DNA of 64,000 nt from Balanoglossus misakiensis (taxonomy: Eukaryota > Animalia > Hemichordata): positions 10,628,088-10,692,087 of the forward strand of contig CM082590.2 in assembly GCA_040954595.2 (NCBI GenBank), in the 5' to 3' direction. The notes below the pieces were generated by a model. It did no database searches, had not been told where the DNA came from, and saw nothing but the letters and a program-made list of their open reading frames with translations. Both the position numbers and the translations under genes were made by a program. Within the stretch, counting starts at the first letter, position 1, and every line of letters begins with the position of its first letter. Positions 38,666 to 53,100 of this stretch are shown one piece after another.

Positions 38666-39369
38666 GGCATGTAACTGTATTCCTATTCATCCTGATATAC
38701 ACACTGTTTTGATGTTAAATTCAGTCAGCTGATGGATCTAGGAAATATTATAAGGTGATGTGCATTGTTCCATCAACAGAGTTCAAGCAAGGCCGCCCCC
38801 ACGCATCAGTTACAGAGCGTTGTGGCACACTTCCAAAAGTTATTTGATGTTCCAACACTAGAGGGCGTCTATCCCCGGATGAATGAAATCTACACAAAGC
38901 TTGGTGAAACTCACAATGTGTTACATACCCTGAGGGACCTACTGGGACTTGGTAAGCAACATCAGCCAGAAACAAAAGACGTTTGTTCAGCGCATGTTAC
39001 TTTGAAGAAAAAAAAGAAATGTTAAGTCAGAATGCACCTTGAAATTGCCTTTGATATGCAGAGACAAGCTGCGAAACCACAGTTAGTAACAGAAGTGTAG
39101 GAAGTTTGTGTGAGCAAAATCTATTTGACATTGATACAGATAGTATCTACTTTGTCTTCTTTAAATTTCGTTCTTTTGATTTTGTCCTGTTGTAGATGAG
39201 AATGCCAAGTCGACCGCAATCGTGAATGCCGTTGGTGAAATCTGTAGTCTTCATAACAGCACCACAACACAACAACTCAAGCAGCTTCTGCAGTTGGATG
39301 ACTTACAGGGGTAATTAGTATTTTGCCTGTGTGTGCGTGTTTGTGCCTGTGTGTGTGTGTGTGTGTGTG

Positions 39370-39450
<81 letters not shown>

Positions 39451-39452
39451 AT

Positions 39453-39502
<50 letters not shown>

Positions 39503-40160
39503 ATTCGTGTGGGTGTGTGTCAGAATATGACATGTTTATATCAACTCAATTGCACATAAATATACTAGTATGACAAATAGGGACATTTCAATTTTGTTCT
39601 TACTAGGCTTGACTGTTTTACCACTGCTGCTGGAGTAATATTTATTAGTTCTCAAGATGCATTCATGAGGTCTTATTCTGTACAAGCTAGTTATACTTGC
39701 TTTGTTTATTGATCCATCTTTCAGAGCCATCAACAGACTTCAACAGTATGAGGACTTCTTCCCAGCGTTCCAGGGGGTGATTGACCAATTGATGGAATTG
39801 CTCGGTAAGTGAGAGAGTCTGGTCTATGCGTAGTCTGGTCACCTGACCAATTTTGTGCCCCTGAAAAACAGTAATGTTGTTTAACGAAGCATCAAGCAGA
39901 CTAATTTATGAATACGCCTTTTTCATAAAGAGGGCACCCTTCCAAAACATGGTATCCTCGCCAAGCAGGCAACACGAAAACAAGGCCAATATAGGGTACA
40001 GAGTACTGCTCGAAATCATCTAAAATATTTCAGATCAACACTGAAATTGTCTTAAATATAACCTAACAAAAATGCTTTTTTTTCTTTTCTCTGTACAGGT
40101 ATTGAAAGAATGGAGAGAATTGTACCAGCAGTTAGGACTCTAAAACTTTTGGCTGGATAA
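31125..40160 (+). CDS. CEP70: Centrosomal protein of 70 kDa-like, about 20 coding exons
   Basis: Exons 31125-31154, 32057-32096, 32271-32347, 34078-34177, 34574-34697, 35034-35130, 35703-35876, 36056-36141, 36363-36431, 36537-36717, 36986-37074, 37212-37289, 37561-37654, 37789-37887, 38046-38207, 38361-38516, 38780-38951, 39196-39310, 39725-39804 and 40099-40160. N-terminal [13 protein letters not shown], long coiled coils, and the C-terminal signature [29 protein letters not shown]...FFPAFQ...IVPAV. The first three small exons are less certain. Confidence 0.88.
32720..33572 (-). mobile_element. Possible solo LTR (about 850 bp) in a CEP70 intron
   Basis: On the minus strand it starts TGTTAC and ends AATAAA-(about 15 nt)-ACTACA, and it is GC-richer than its flanks. 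No target-site duplication is visible. Confidence 0.35.
33868..33968. repeat. Imperfect palindrome of about 100 bp
   Basis: CATGAAT..GCGAGGCCAATGGGGAAAA paired with TTTTCCCAATTGGCCTCGC..ATTCATG. Confidence 0.6.
34763..34910. mobile_element. TA-flanked Tc1/mariner/pogo-like MITE, family B
   Basis: TA-CAGTCA...ACAGGTTTGACTG-TA. Related copies at 16601-16731, 20171-20247 (partial), 5168-5224 (partial, reversed) and more distantly 3347-3449. Confidence 0.7.
35191..35384. repeat. Perfect 19-bp inverted repeat enclosing about 155 bp (MITE-like)
   Basis: ATTTCCAGATGACGGGCAA at 35191-35209 and TTGCCCGTCATCTGGAAAT at 35366-35384. Confidence 0.65.
36173..36258. mobile_element. Family A MITE
   Basis: CACCCCCATTTCCCTCTATAGAGGTCCAAC...GGTGAAAGGGTTAA. 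Confidence 0.7.
39328..39520. repeat. (GT)n microsatellite
   Basis: Read directly from the sequence. Confidence 0.95.
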
Positions 40161-43100
40161 AACGTCTTTCCAAGATAAAGCTCTCCAAAAATGGGGCGAA
40201 TTGAGACAGAAATGATAGGGATATTGTGTCTTTTTTAGTAAAGTAGGTTCCATATGCAAATTTCTTTCATCAAGACTGAGCTTCTTTGATGTTAAGGTAG
40301 AGCATGACTTGGAAACACATTTTCACTACTTTTTATTTTCTCCATAGAGTTAACATAGAGATTGGCAACATCAAATATGGCGGCCATTTTGAATATCAAA
40401 TGTGGTGGCCATTTTTCCCAATCGCCGCCATCTTGTCTGTTGTTAGGACAGCACACTGCCTTATGGCATTGACTGTATACAATTTTTGTGACCAAAGTGT
40501 ATGATTTGACACATGCACATAAGATGATCGCCAACCTTGAAGCTATTATATTTTGATTTTAATATTAATAACAGTAAAATAGTGTTAGAAATAATCATTC
40601 CAATAACATTCACATATAGTTTAAGCTTTTCATACAGAAGCACATTATGATTGCTTTATGAAATGTAATTGTTTCTAGATCTGTTTTAATTTATATATAT
40701 TTGTATTCAGTGATATATTTTTTTAATCACATTATACGTAGAGCATGAAAAATGATTTTGGGAATATTATATATGCAATCATTTAAAAACATAAGTATGC
40801 AACTTTATTTCATGATTTCTACAGTGTAAATTATTTGATAATAAAATGAAAATAAGAAAAAAGTTATCCATATAACGTGCCTTTATAGTTATTCCATATT
40901 TATCAACATTTCAGAGAGTGTATGTTTGTGTGAAAAACAACAATTGACTGAAGAAAATAGCTTCAATCCTGCAATGACATTTCAGAGGTCAGGATCAATG
41001 AATCAGGGTCAGTAAATCCTTCCAGCACGAATGACAGCTGACAATAAATTGAAGTATAATCTCTTTTTTTCAAAGTAAATATGTTGTGAATATTGAATAT
41101 TTCAATGAAGAGGCAAAACATGTCTTGTATCTCTCTCATAAGTTGAGGGACATTCAGGAATTGTGTATGAGATTGCAAAACATCTATACAAAGCGTACTT
41201 ATTCTTCCATCTTCCGTCCAAACACACTTAGAAAACTAGATAAACACTATTATCTTAGCCCAAGTAAACAAATGTGAACCCCCTGGTTTATTACAAAAGC
41301 GAAATGACATAGAGATAATGCTTTCAGAATCCAATTTTACTCAGAAACAGAACATTGTGGAAGCCTTTATACATAAGAGAATAATCTTAGACACGTATGT
41401 TTAGCACATCTGGTTGTAAGCGGTCAGACAGCAAAGTTTGAATGCATCCTTGTATGTCAAGAATCATGTTGTCTGGATCACCCAGTGGAATACTATTTTT
41501 GTAGATACCAGCTCTTTAATAAGCTTAAAAGATTTGTATAATATTGAGGACGTCTTTGAAAGGTTGCTAGGAGACATGATGAACAGTCCAACAGAATGCT
41601 GTTCATATCAACTAAGGACACTGTTAGAGTATAAAGATAGTTTTAATGCGATGATGTTTACATTCCAGTGGATCTCCATATGAATGTCAAAACGCCCTCT
41701 ATGACACAAATCCGCTAATCGTCGGGCTAATCTGGGTCGCGACAATAAAGTTTTAAAAATTCTATTCAAGTTCCGCAGTCGATGTTTCCAAGAAGCAGAC
41801 ACGCAAAAGACGCTTTAGGCCTCCTGAAATCCTACTATATTCCCCAAACTAGGCCCTGAAACTAGTAAAATTGTTGCAAAGTTTTGAAGATTCCAAAAAC
41901 TGTGCTTCTGTGCATGCATCGACCAAAAATAAGACTTTGGAAGCTAGAACCGAGTATTTTTTACTTTTAAGGCAGAAAAAATGTGTATAAATTCCTATCT
42001 AAGAACCTAAGATGATGTCGGAGAGATAAATTACAATAAATGTTAATTAATAATGAGAAATTATCGTCGCATTGACTAAAAATATGACTTTAAAAGCTAG
42101 AACCTCGAATATTTTTTACTTTTAAGGCAGAAAAACGTAAGAACCACGCTTTTTGTTAAGAAAAACATTTGCATAATTTTGATACTAATATTTAAATTTG
42201 CCGTCTGGCGATCAATCTACTTAGCTCACGCTCACCACGTGTGGAAGGTTTGGGTCTTATACTTTCTACGACTTTCTACGTCTGTATGCGTTGTGAGTTT
42301 ATTTTCACACACAGTTCTGCTTGCCGTTTGGAAAAACATTCAAGGTGGAACAACAAACAAGACGAGTGATTTCTTCGGTGGACTTTCAAAGCAAGGTAAG
42401 GATGGTCTAATTTAATATCACCAATATCTCCATCCCCCCATGCGTGTTTACGTTCCTCTACATGTCAAGATATCGCTTCTCCGGGAGACCAAAACATCCC
42501 ATATTTTACAAAATCTAGCAGAGGAAGGAATATAAATATCCCCACACTCAATCATTTTTCATCCAATTATTCATTTTACTGATATATTGGACTTGCAGTT
42601 CAATATTACAATATCAACGTAAGTACAGTTATATGCTAATTAGGTGTGACCTCAACACGTGGATCCCAAAACGTACGTCCTATTCCAAACCATGGGGTTG
42701 CGACCCAAAATGATTTGCTAAATTAAATGTGATAGCGGCGGAGTTCAGTGGTCTGAAACGCATAAGTCAAATTAAAGTTCATGGACTTCCATCTCCTGTT
42801 GTTGATGAATATTTCGGAGCATGCGATTTGGCGTAAATTCGCGAACAGTTTGAAAGGTTTTCGTAAATTTCATGGACGCCATCTTGCGACCGTCATGTGG
42901 GATTTTCCCGTTTTTTTTTAGTAATCGCGTGGGATTATTGACATGAAATATGAAACCCGAATGTACATACTCATTTCTAGCATTTCCGACCGCTACATAT
43001 CGGCAAAAGTGTAGCGCAAACTTTAGGCAGTGTTTTTGGAAAGGCGGAAGTGATTAATTTCAGAGCGTGCGCGTTCTCTTCATTGTTTACTGTGTAGCAC

Positions 43101-44869
43101 TTTCTTTTGTGGAGAACAAAAAAGGTAACCTAGCAACGTGTACATTTCATCTTGCTTTAAAGATGCATTGTCTTCGTTTGCAAGTATTAAAGAGTCTCAC
43201 TGCTTGACCATAGGGGGCTTTCCCTCTAAGTTTTAGTGTGTGTGTTTGTTTGTTGTTATTAATTGGATTAATAAACAAAAATGTTTATTTACTTATAAAT
43301 ATGGTCATGTTTGTTTGTTGACATGTTAGGGTTAGGGTGTATTCAACAGTTACAGGGTTAGGGTTGGGATTTTTTCCCTAAATAACAGGACTAAAGCTAA
43401 CATATTATGTAAAAATCAGCCTTGTTATTAACTGCGCCTTTATAAAGGCCGCAGCTAGGCCACCATAGCACCAACACACGACTGAAACATTCAGCATTCT
43501 AGAAAGCTAGGAGATGACTGATTATCCTCTGTATGGTATCATCCCTAATAAAAACAATTTCCCCTCAAATGAGGTATTCCCCTGCGGGGTCTTGCATCAA
43601 TCGATGAACACGATAAATTTAATTTGTATTCATAATCTGGGAAAGCCCACATGATGAATTGGAAATGCCACTTATGAAGAAGGACCTACAATAGAACCCT
43701 GCTGTGTTTTATCACTTGTTAATTGCCTAATCACATAATGATATTCCACTTACAACTACAAGCTGTTCACGATTAATTTAATTATCATATAACAATGCAA
43801 TTATCCTAATAATTGAACCTGTTCCGCATAATGATGTAAGGAAAATAGGAATCAGAGTGTGAGGGTTTTTTGCATATCAACAATGATAACTAAAACATAT
43901 CCAGTGTTTATTGTCTTTGTTGTCCAGGCAGCGATGTTGCCTAGGGGCAATTTATAGGACTATAATTGTCTTTCTTCAGATACAGCAATCAGAATATTGT
44001 ATTCAATAGAGCATTTCTTTTACAGGTTCTTCTCGAGGAACTTGTCAGAAAAGGAAGGAATATCTACGACGTACTCTGCTTCAGGTAATTATGAAAGTCA
44101 ATGCGAGTTTATCTCAGACGCTCCAAAGGGTTGTACATGTAGAATATATCCGCAATATCACTCAACAAACATGCGTATAGTTTCACTAATCGGGGCTTGA
44201 TTTTTGTCTCAATTTTACTTGGCCCTCCAGCAATAGTCATGCCAAGGCCACCTCGTATTCACAATTTGGTTTCGATTGTTGTATTCAGAATGTTGTCATG
44301 TGAACACATCTTTTGCCTTGATGTAGAATATACCTGGAAATTCAGTCTTCGACTTGTATTTCGCCAAAGGCAACTTTAGATTATTCTTCCGTAAAGTTCA
44401 GACTAAAATTTGCGATCACCGTGCAATTGAACCTGAGATTAACTTCGTTGAATGTGTTCATCCATAGAAAAAAACCCGGTGGAAAAATAGTGTCACGGCT
44501 GTGTTTTCAAAAACAAGCACGGTGACTCGTAAATTTTATTATTGGAGAGTCTTAAATTCACAACATATGATAACATGCTTGTGTGTGTTGAATGGTGGCC
44601 TGTTGACTGTGAGCCAAAAATCCATGGCATTGTGTTCAGCGGGTGTTGTTTATCTTGTCATTTCACTCACTTTCCATAGCAACCATTTCCCAGAATGCAT
44701 TGCAAACGTAGCGGCGTCTCTCTGACTTCTCCAGAGGATCCATATAACACACAGAACTCTGCACTGTTGACAGGTGTTGATAAAAACTCAAACACGGCGA
44801 CGTAACTTTACTTTCTATTTTCTCAGGCAAAAGCCGCTGCCCTCGGTTGAACAGCGTGAAGCAGAAACA

Positions 44870-47800
44870 ATGGCGAGGCCAATTCAATTTGCCAGTCTTC
44901 TCGGAATTGGAACTATTCTAGCCTTAGCGTGTTTGCCAGTCAGCATGGGGAAAAACACGAGTGAGTGTGTGGCGGCCATAAACGGTTCGATGTACTACGG
45001 ACTAAGCAACAGTCTTGAGACGATGACGCTTGCGGAAGCCACCACTATGATCATTGGCTTTGGAATTTTTGCCGGTCTTCTTGCGAAAGCCTTCAGTCTG
45101 ATCAGAAAGAAAGTTTTCGAAGATAAGGTAATTTAAAAAAGAATATTTATTAAGTGTTTCTAGAATGTTAATTTCTTGCTGCATAGATTCTAAACTGGTT
45201 TGATGGAACCCTTCAGACTCCTTGCGTTCTCTGAGTAAACAAACGTGACTTCATTACTTCCACGTCCGTCCTTGACTCAATGTGTCCAACTGTAGGGGAA
45301 GGACAGACGGTGGGTCATATAGCTTCAACATCTTGATGAAGAACTTCTAATTGCACACTGGTTTGATTTCAACAATGGGTTCACTGTACTTTGGACTCCT
45401 TACCGTACTTTCATTGAGTAAACAAATCTATATAGTCTCGGCATGATTTTACTGTACGTACCACGACCTATGTGGCCAACTGCAGAGAAAAAAGAAACGC
45501 CCCTTTATATAAACAAAGACAGTTGACTTTCCTAATCCCTACTTAATCTGTATTACCTGTTATTGATACGTATGTTGCACCAGTTGCTCTTAGCCTTTAT
45601 CTAGCGACCATATGCATATGTAGTGGTTGCGAGAAAAGTGGTAAACACCGATTATTCATTTTGGGGAGTTTTTCACACTCATGTCTACAAATGGGATGGA
45701 AGTTGTGTATGGTTGATCGTTGATTCGCTATACGGTATATCCACATGCAGAATAACAGAAACGGTGTCTTGTATCAAACAATCATGGAAAAGGGCAGCAA
45801 GAGAGCGAGACATTGTCCCTTTAAACATCCAGATGACCCTATGTTCACTGTTTCATCTTTCCCATTTCAACAGTTTCCCATTGAAGGGGGAGGGAGGGGG
45901 AACAACCTCTTCCATACCTCCTCCGTCTAATTTCGATCTCAGCTTCGTCCCTGCCCTGAACAATTGAAAATTATACCCACATGCGTTTACTAATTGAGTA
46001 ACAGATGTGATGAGGCATGACAACCATACAATACAATCATGTACACAGATGATTTATACTTCACAAGGGAAAATGCAGATTTTAATGCAGTATACCCATG
46101 CGTATCACTGTTAATATTATACCAGAACGTAGGCCTGTTTCAAGCAACAGCTTGTAAATAACTGCCGAAGATATCTAGCCAAGACATCTTTGGCAGTCAT
46201 AGACAAATAAAGTCGTCCTATTGGTGGAGAAAGATAACAATTGACAAGTCCGAGTCGCTCATTTCACTCCAATCTGTCTGATGTCAGTCCTGAGCCAAAA
46301 ACTTCATTCAAGGCACATCAGGAAATAAACGCGGGTCTTCTTGTGCACAAAGCGATCCCCTGAAAGGCCATCTTGATTATCTGATTTCGCTCTGCAATTT
46401 AATTTAACTTTTGCAGATGCTCTGAAGATTTGCGGTTATTAGATTATTTAATATCGTCAGAGATATGATTGCAACAGAACTATTATACATCAGAAACATC
46501 ATGATAACAATACTGTAAAACGAGTTATTTTCGCGAGCAATAAATTTTCACGAGTGTAGCATCGATTAAACACCCCACTGCCTGATGCTTCATATCAAAG
46601 GATGATCGCGAGCAATTTAAAGAGCTAAGCTATTTCCTAAATGTGTTGGAAATGTAATAGACGTAGGCTTTGAGCACCTGGGGATGATATATCCATTGAA
46701 AATGCATCGCACATAATTCAGTGGTCAAGAACACAGATGATCATTAATGCCTGAAGGCTAATGTGTTATCAGCGAGTTGATCGCATTAGAAAATCGGTCG
46801 ATCGCTCACAACATAATTATAGGCTTAATGCAAATACGCTAGGATCATTCGCGAAGCGAGTTGAAACTTCGGGCCAACTAAGTGTCTTGTAGTTCTTGAA
46901 CATATTGTTCTGCTTGCTAGTTATTTTGCGACATCAGTGTTGCATTTCACAAAGCTGAATTTTGTATCTCTGCTACAAACACTTCTGGATGTTTCAACAG
47001 CATTAGAAGTAGAGACATTTTCTGTGAAAGAGTTGAATGACTTTTCGGTAAATAATCATCAGAGGCACTTTTGACAGAAGAAAGAGTTGTGCACTCAATT
47101 GGCACTCTAAGTGATGCCCTTTGCATTTGAAGATTCAATAATGACTAGCTGTATCTGATAATGACCATGCTTGATAAGGTTACTGAGAGCGAGACTGTGA
47201 GCTTCAAATCATTAAAACACCCTTATTTAATTTGTTATGTATGGATTATAGAAATCTAGGAAGGAAGCACCGATTGTTAAAGGGGCAAATTGTGATATGT
47301 ATATGGTGAAGATACATTAAAGGGCCACGATGGTCTTATGCACATGTGCCAAACCAGAGACTGGTTACAAAAATTCTATACAGCCAATGCCATTAGGCAG
47401 TGTTTGTCCTAACAACAGACAAGATGCAGTGATGTCAGTATGTGTCGGAGATCGGGAGCACATAGCAAATTGGGTGAAAAGAAGGGACAAAACTGAAGCC
47501 TACTTATAAGGAAGGAAGCGGAGGCAGCTAGTCCACTATTTAAATGCGTCGAACGTGAAAAATTGGGCGTAATGTTAGTACACTCGAAATTAAGATGATC
47601 GGTGGCCTTTAATAGGAAGTGAGGTGTAAAACATAAGCAAAAACAATGCTTGACATTCTCTTACATTATATCTATACCACTTTATACAACTTGAACATTA
47701 CTCTGCATTTTCGTCGAATTCATTATTTACAGGGAAAATGTGCAATTGTGCATTTCCTCAAGTCGAAATCTTAGATGAGATCAATGCCTGAAGTTACTTG

Positions 47801-49845
47801 ACGTGTCATGTTACTCGCGTTTCAAGAAAACTTTGATGGAGGATAATTTTCATATGTTAGTCCAAATTGCCTTGAATAAATTATTATCACTGCAGTTGGG
47901 GAGGCTTATTAAATTTGTTTTTCGGTTCGTTTGGTTGGCATGGTGACAGTGGAAGTCGCGGAGAATATACGAAGTGATTGGCGGGGAGCTTGCTTTGCAA
48001 ATATTTGCCTGTAAGCCTTAGAAAGTTTGTGTACCATGGAAACAAAAATATACATTGCCACAGCTTACTATTGGAGATTTTAACCCAAGGGAATTCAATG
48101 TTGGATGCTTTGCGAAAGGTTTCATTCTGTGATGGATCAGACTGTTAATTCATTCAATATGGAATCATTCAATATGAATACCTAATAATATCATGTTATC
48201 ACTGTTATGAGTAAACTGCTAAATTTCATCAATAATGCAATTTCTTGCTTTATTTATTACAACATACTCGTTGGACAATGTAAATAAATACACACATACA
48301 TACATGCATGCATGCATAAACGCTTAAAATATGTACACTCAAGGGAAACAGTTGTTTCTCCAGATCATCATCTCATTGTATAGAAACAGTTATCAGAGCG
48401 GCAACAAGATTTGCACAGTTGACATACATTCCAATGGGTATTGACCGGCGGCTCAATTCAGGATGAAATTGTATCCACGGATAAGAATGTCATTTTTTGT
48501 CAACAACGATTCATACTGGGTTTCACAGATGGGCAGGATCAATGGCATATGTATTTTAATTGACCGCGTAGAGTTTCAGAAATCGATGCGACGTGTATGA
48601 GCAAACGTTTCCTGTTACAGTATGAATGATGGCCAGTATACCGCAGATATAGACATAGATTTGTCTTTAAGCTCTTTGAAAAGCATGACGATTTTCACTT
48701 TTTCATCGAGTAAATCCAAGATGACAAAGGCAGTACCCGCTCTTGCATGTTTTACAGTGCAATTTTTGCAGGTTACCCACGCTTTGCCCGTCCAACTTTA
48801 ATGCTAAAACAGTAAATGTTTTCTCAAAGTTGAGAACAATATGAATTTACAACACAACACAACACAACACAACACAACACAACACAACACACCACAGCTC
48901 AGCACGCGACGACACAGCACACCACAACACAACACAACGCAACGCAACACAACACAAGATGTGCTGTGTTGTGATGCGAAATTGTAAGTGTTTTGCTGTA
49001 GTTTTATAAATGAAAATGTCATCATAAATATTTAAAAACTTTAGCGTTGGCTACTGTTCTCATGGGGCCAGCCCCCATAGCAACCATTCCATTTAATTTC
49101 AAAAAGATAATTGAAGTTATATTCATATATGCCAACAATTGACAATCATTCGAATTTGTTTGTAGAAGAAGCTGCGTGAAATTGTTGAACTGTTTTACGA
49201 CTTCGTCATGCATGCCCAGTGACATCAAACACTTAATGTCTTCAGGCTCCAAGATGCATAAGTCCTCTGTAAAATTTAAAGAAATCCTGAATGTGTGTAG
49301 TCAGTTGCCTTCTCAATCGAATCTACTCTTCCGTTATTGAAGGGATCAACATTTGAACGATAATCTCCAAGACAAGACTCCACACTTCTTTGTACGACTT
49401 TCATTCAAGTTAAATGCAAACAGTTTGCACATGCGCATTCACTTTCAGTTAGCATCTGGCTGAAAATCTTCTTTTCTCACCGTAAATGAAGCCTTTACAA
49501 AATGATGGACGGAAATATATATACCAAATCTGACATTTATTATTCCAGACATCTTTGCCTGATGCGACTCTATCCTCAAAACATTGTAAACGTGATACGA
49601 CAACCCACTAAACATGTTATTTGCGAATCAGTATAAAACTTTACAACCAAAATAATACGAAGCGATACTAAGTATATTCAGCAATTCACTTTAGCGGATT
49701 TGTGAAGTACTTGGGAAGTATCGAATTAGAAGCTGGGAAGTGGGAACCATTCTATTTTTATGATGTCTAGTCTTAAGAGCAAGCAGATGGTACAAGCCTA
49801 CCTAACGGCCTTCCATACCGTTTTCATGTACATTGTGATCCATGT

Positions 49846-49907
<62 letters not shown>

Positions 49908-49988
49908 CATGATCATGATCATCATGATCATCATGATCATGATCATGATCATCACCATCACCATCACCATCATCATCATCATCACCAC

Positions 49989-50033
<45 letters not shown>

Positions 50034-50062
50034 GATCATCATCATCATCGTCATCGTCATCG

Positions 50063-50106
<44 letters not shown>

Positions 50107-50107
50107 G

Positions 50108-50166
<59 letters not shown>

Positions 50167-53100
50167 CTTAAATTTCATTTATTGTGTGTGCACTTATTCA
50201 CTGCCCCTTCCCCAAAGAGTGAGAAGTGTTATGCAGTGATTCACACATGCTGGGGTGTAATATTCCAGCTGCATGTTCATAGCAAAGTGGAATTCTTGTT
50301 TACCACATCTAAATTGACGAAAGGTAACAAAGTTGCCCGCGAGAAATTGACAGAAGATGGAAACAGGGATATAGCTGATCACAGTAGGGAGTCTCTTGAA
50401 GGGCTCATCAGTCGAGGATGTTTTACAATAATGTAAACAGGAAGCCAACAAACTACCTGTGACGATATTTGCTGGAGGTGTGTGTGTTGATGCATGCCCC
50501 CTGAATATAACCAAGTACAAGGGTTTTGTTTTCAAGTATTTCCGTGACGTTGGTTTGAAGATATGGTTCTGTTATTGATGTCATGACAATGAAGGTTTTT
50601 GTAGCAGATTTCAGAAATCTATTTTTCTTCTAGGCAAGTAATATCCAATTGCGCAAAATCAGAATTTCTTTAAATACCAAATCGTGATTGAAGCCTGAGA
50701 AATATATATGAGTCGTTTCTGTGGAATATAGGACAGTTGATATTTGGTGAAATGAAATGAAATCTTACATTTGGTGCAATATTACAAAGAAGCTTTAGGC
50801 GTCGAATTATGTAGGGCTTTTATAATTACGGTTCTTTCGCAGCTGTGTGTTGTTCGATCACTCCGACAGATTTGCATGGGTTCTCTGCTCACTTTCCAGA
50901 CATGCGTATTGTATTGATTGAAATCAGTCTAGCGAATAACGATGCATTTTATATTCCAGTTGTTATTAAAACCATACCTTAATTTCTGTGTTAGTTTCCA
51001 CAGATAGATCTGATTCTAATCTGCGTGCAAGTTCATGCGCTGTAATCTACATTGTTGTTGGCGACTACGTTTTCCCTTGTGGCACGAAAAAAAACATTTG
51101 TTTGTGATCTAGTACAAGTGATGGCAGTCATTGATTGTACTGGAGATTATAGCGTGTGTATTGAGGATGTACAATGGTGGACGTTTATCGATGTCGCCGC
51201 ATATTATCTCCCGTAAAGCCGCTAGGCCTGTCTCTCAACAAACTCAGGGCGCGCTGTAGACACGTACGCGACAATGCAATAATAGTACCCACTCAAAACA
51301 TCGATAAAGTGTGAGAATTTCCTCGAAGCAGCAATGAAATCAATAAACCCCGTAAACCTCAATGTATTCACCCAATAATCGGGAGAACATGCAGACATAA
51401 TTGTTTAGCAGAAGAATGGCATGCAACAATGAACACTAATATAATTGGATCGGTTCATTCTCTACCATCAAAGATAAGTTGTCATTTTAATTCTGAATCG
51501 CACGTCTTGTACTGTGTATCAAGGCTTCACCATTTCATTTCCAGAAAATGTCAGCACACGCATGCATTTCAATTAAACTGTATCTTTCAACTATTGTGAG
51601 ATATGTCAGCCAACCAATTGTATGTTAATTGAAACCGCACATGGTACAAATTGCAATAAGCAAAGCAACTACTAGCAGTTTACTGTAAATTAAAGCTCAG
51701 GTATCGTTTTCCAACGCAGCAAAATTATCTGATAATGTACCGGTACACTTTGTCAATGACTCGGATAATGACTATTCCCTGCCTAGTCGTAGAAATGACA
51801 ACGCACAGACTCAAGAACGTCGATCACGCACTATTTAACAAAGTAGTCTTTTCGCTTCACTGTACCCTGTAATTTTCCTTGATCAAGTTTAAAGTCGTCG
51901 TTTGAATTCTGGCACCGTGACGTCATATTCAGGTCACATGATAACAGGGCAATATGAAACCAGAAGTCGGCTTCTTAGTATCAGTCTGTTACTTTGTAAT
52001 AGGCCGTTTTCATGAGGCTACATGCACATGTTACAGAATTGAAGCAGCACGTATACGAGTCATTCACCTCAAGCGAATTATCGGCACGTTACTTCCTAAG
52101 TCTTATCTACTAAAAATCCCCCAGAAAAAAAGATTAATTTACTTGAAAGCATTTCTTCGAACGCCCTTGAATAATTGATTTCTCTTTCAATAAATGTAGG
52201 CTGATTTCAACTTGATTATGCAAAGCACATAGTGATGTCCCGTTTTGGAAATGCGCAAAAATTGCTTAGACATTACCATGTCAACCGTTACGTGCATATA
52301 TGCGTCTACTGTTGTTGCCTTCACTGCAGTTTTGCGTGAAACTTGATAGTTGAAGAGGTTTATCAAGAGTGTGTCAGACACGCCCCAGGGCCCAAAAAGA
52401 GCTACGTGCAGTGTCTCAAATGTTGAACGCATTATACGTCACTTGATATCAGTTGGGTACAAACGATAATGGCGCTTGTGATATTTCGGTCGGCACTTTC
52501 CGCTGATCTTGTCTTTGCGCACTTCTGAGGGACCGTGCATAATTAAATTACGCGCATGGTTTCCCAAATGTCTTCTTTAATTATACTGGAGCAGAGATAT
52601 ATTTCGATTACCGTTTGCAATTTCGCTCTGGGTTTTGATGTTCCATTTTCCCTATTTACAAAATCCGAGTAACACAAATGAGGAAATGCCACTTACTTTA
52701 GTTGTTATTAATACTATTAGATATCGGAACTTCATTTGACTTTTTTATACTTTTGAGTTTGAATATGTCATAATTTTCATCATTTTCACAACAGTATCAC
52801 GTGACATTATCATCTGGCATAGTCATGTTTTCAAACCATGCATACAACGTCCAGATTTTTTACAGGCAATGTTATTATGGCTATATTATGTTGTGTACAA
52901 GTGAGATGAATTGCTTCTCCAAATGGATTTATAAAATCTTCTTCAAATCTTCTCTTTTATAACTCTTCAGGATAATCTGGACACAGACTTTGACGCTGGA
53001 GGGAAAGTATCGGTTGGACTAACCGCAACAACTATTGTGTCACAGTGGACTTGGGCGGCCACACTCTTGCAATCATCAACAGTTGCTGCTAAGGTAGGAG

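Noticed and set aside
39277-39573. HT and CV dipeptide-repeat ORFs (similar cases at 13610-13819 and 22916-23336)
   Set aside because: These are translations of simple repeats in introns.
40963-41802. Short ORFs as an extra gene or reverse-transcriptase remnant
   Set aside because: There are only chance-level motif resemblances and no consistent exon chain.
42770-42885. Minus-strand gene start at AAGATGGCG (MASMKFTKTFQ...)
   Set aside because: It stops after 36 codons, and no convincing donor or downstream exons could be linked.
46947-47200. Coding-like minus-strand segment in DUR3 intron 1
   Set aside because: It is interrupted by stops and has no identifiable motif; at most a decayed transposon fragment.
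49798-50436. Poly-D, poly-H, poly-M and poly-I ORFs
   Set aside because: These are translations of a (CAT)n microsatellite in DUR3 intron 1.
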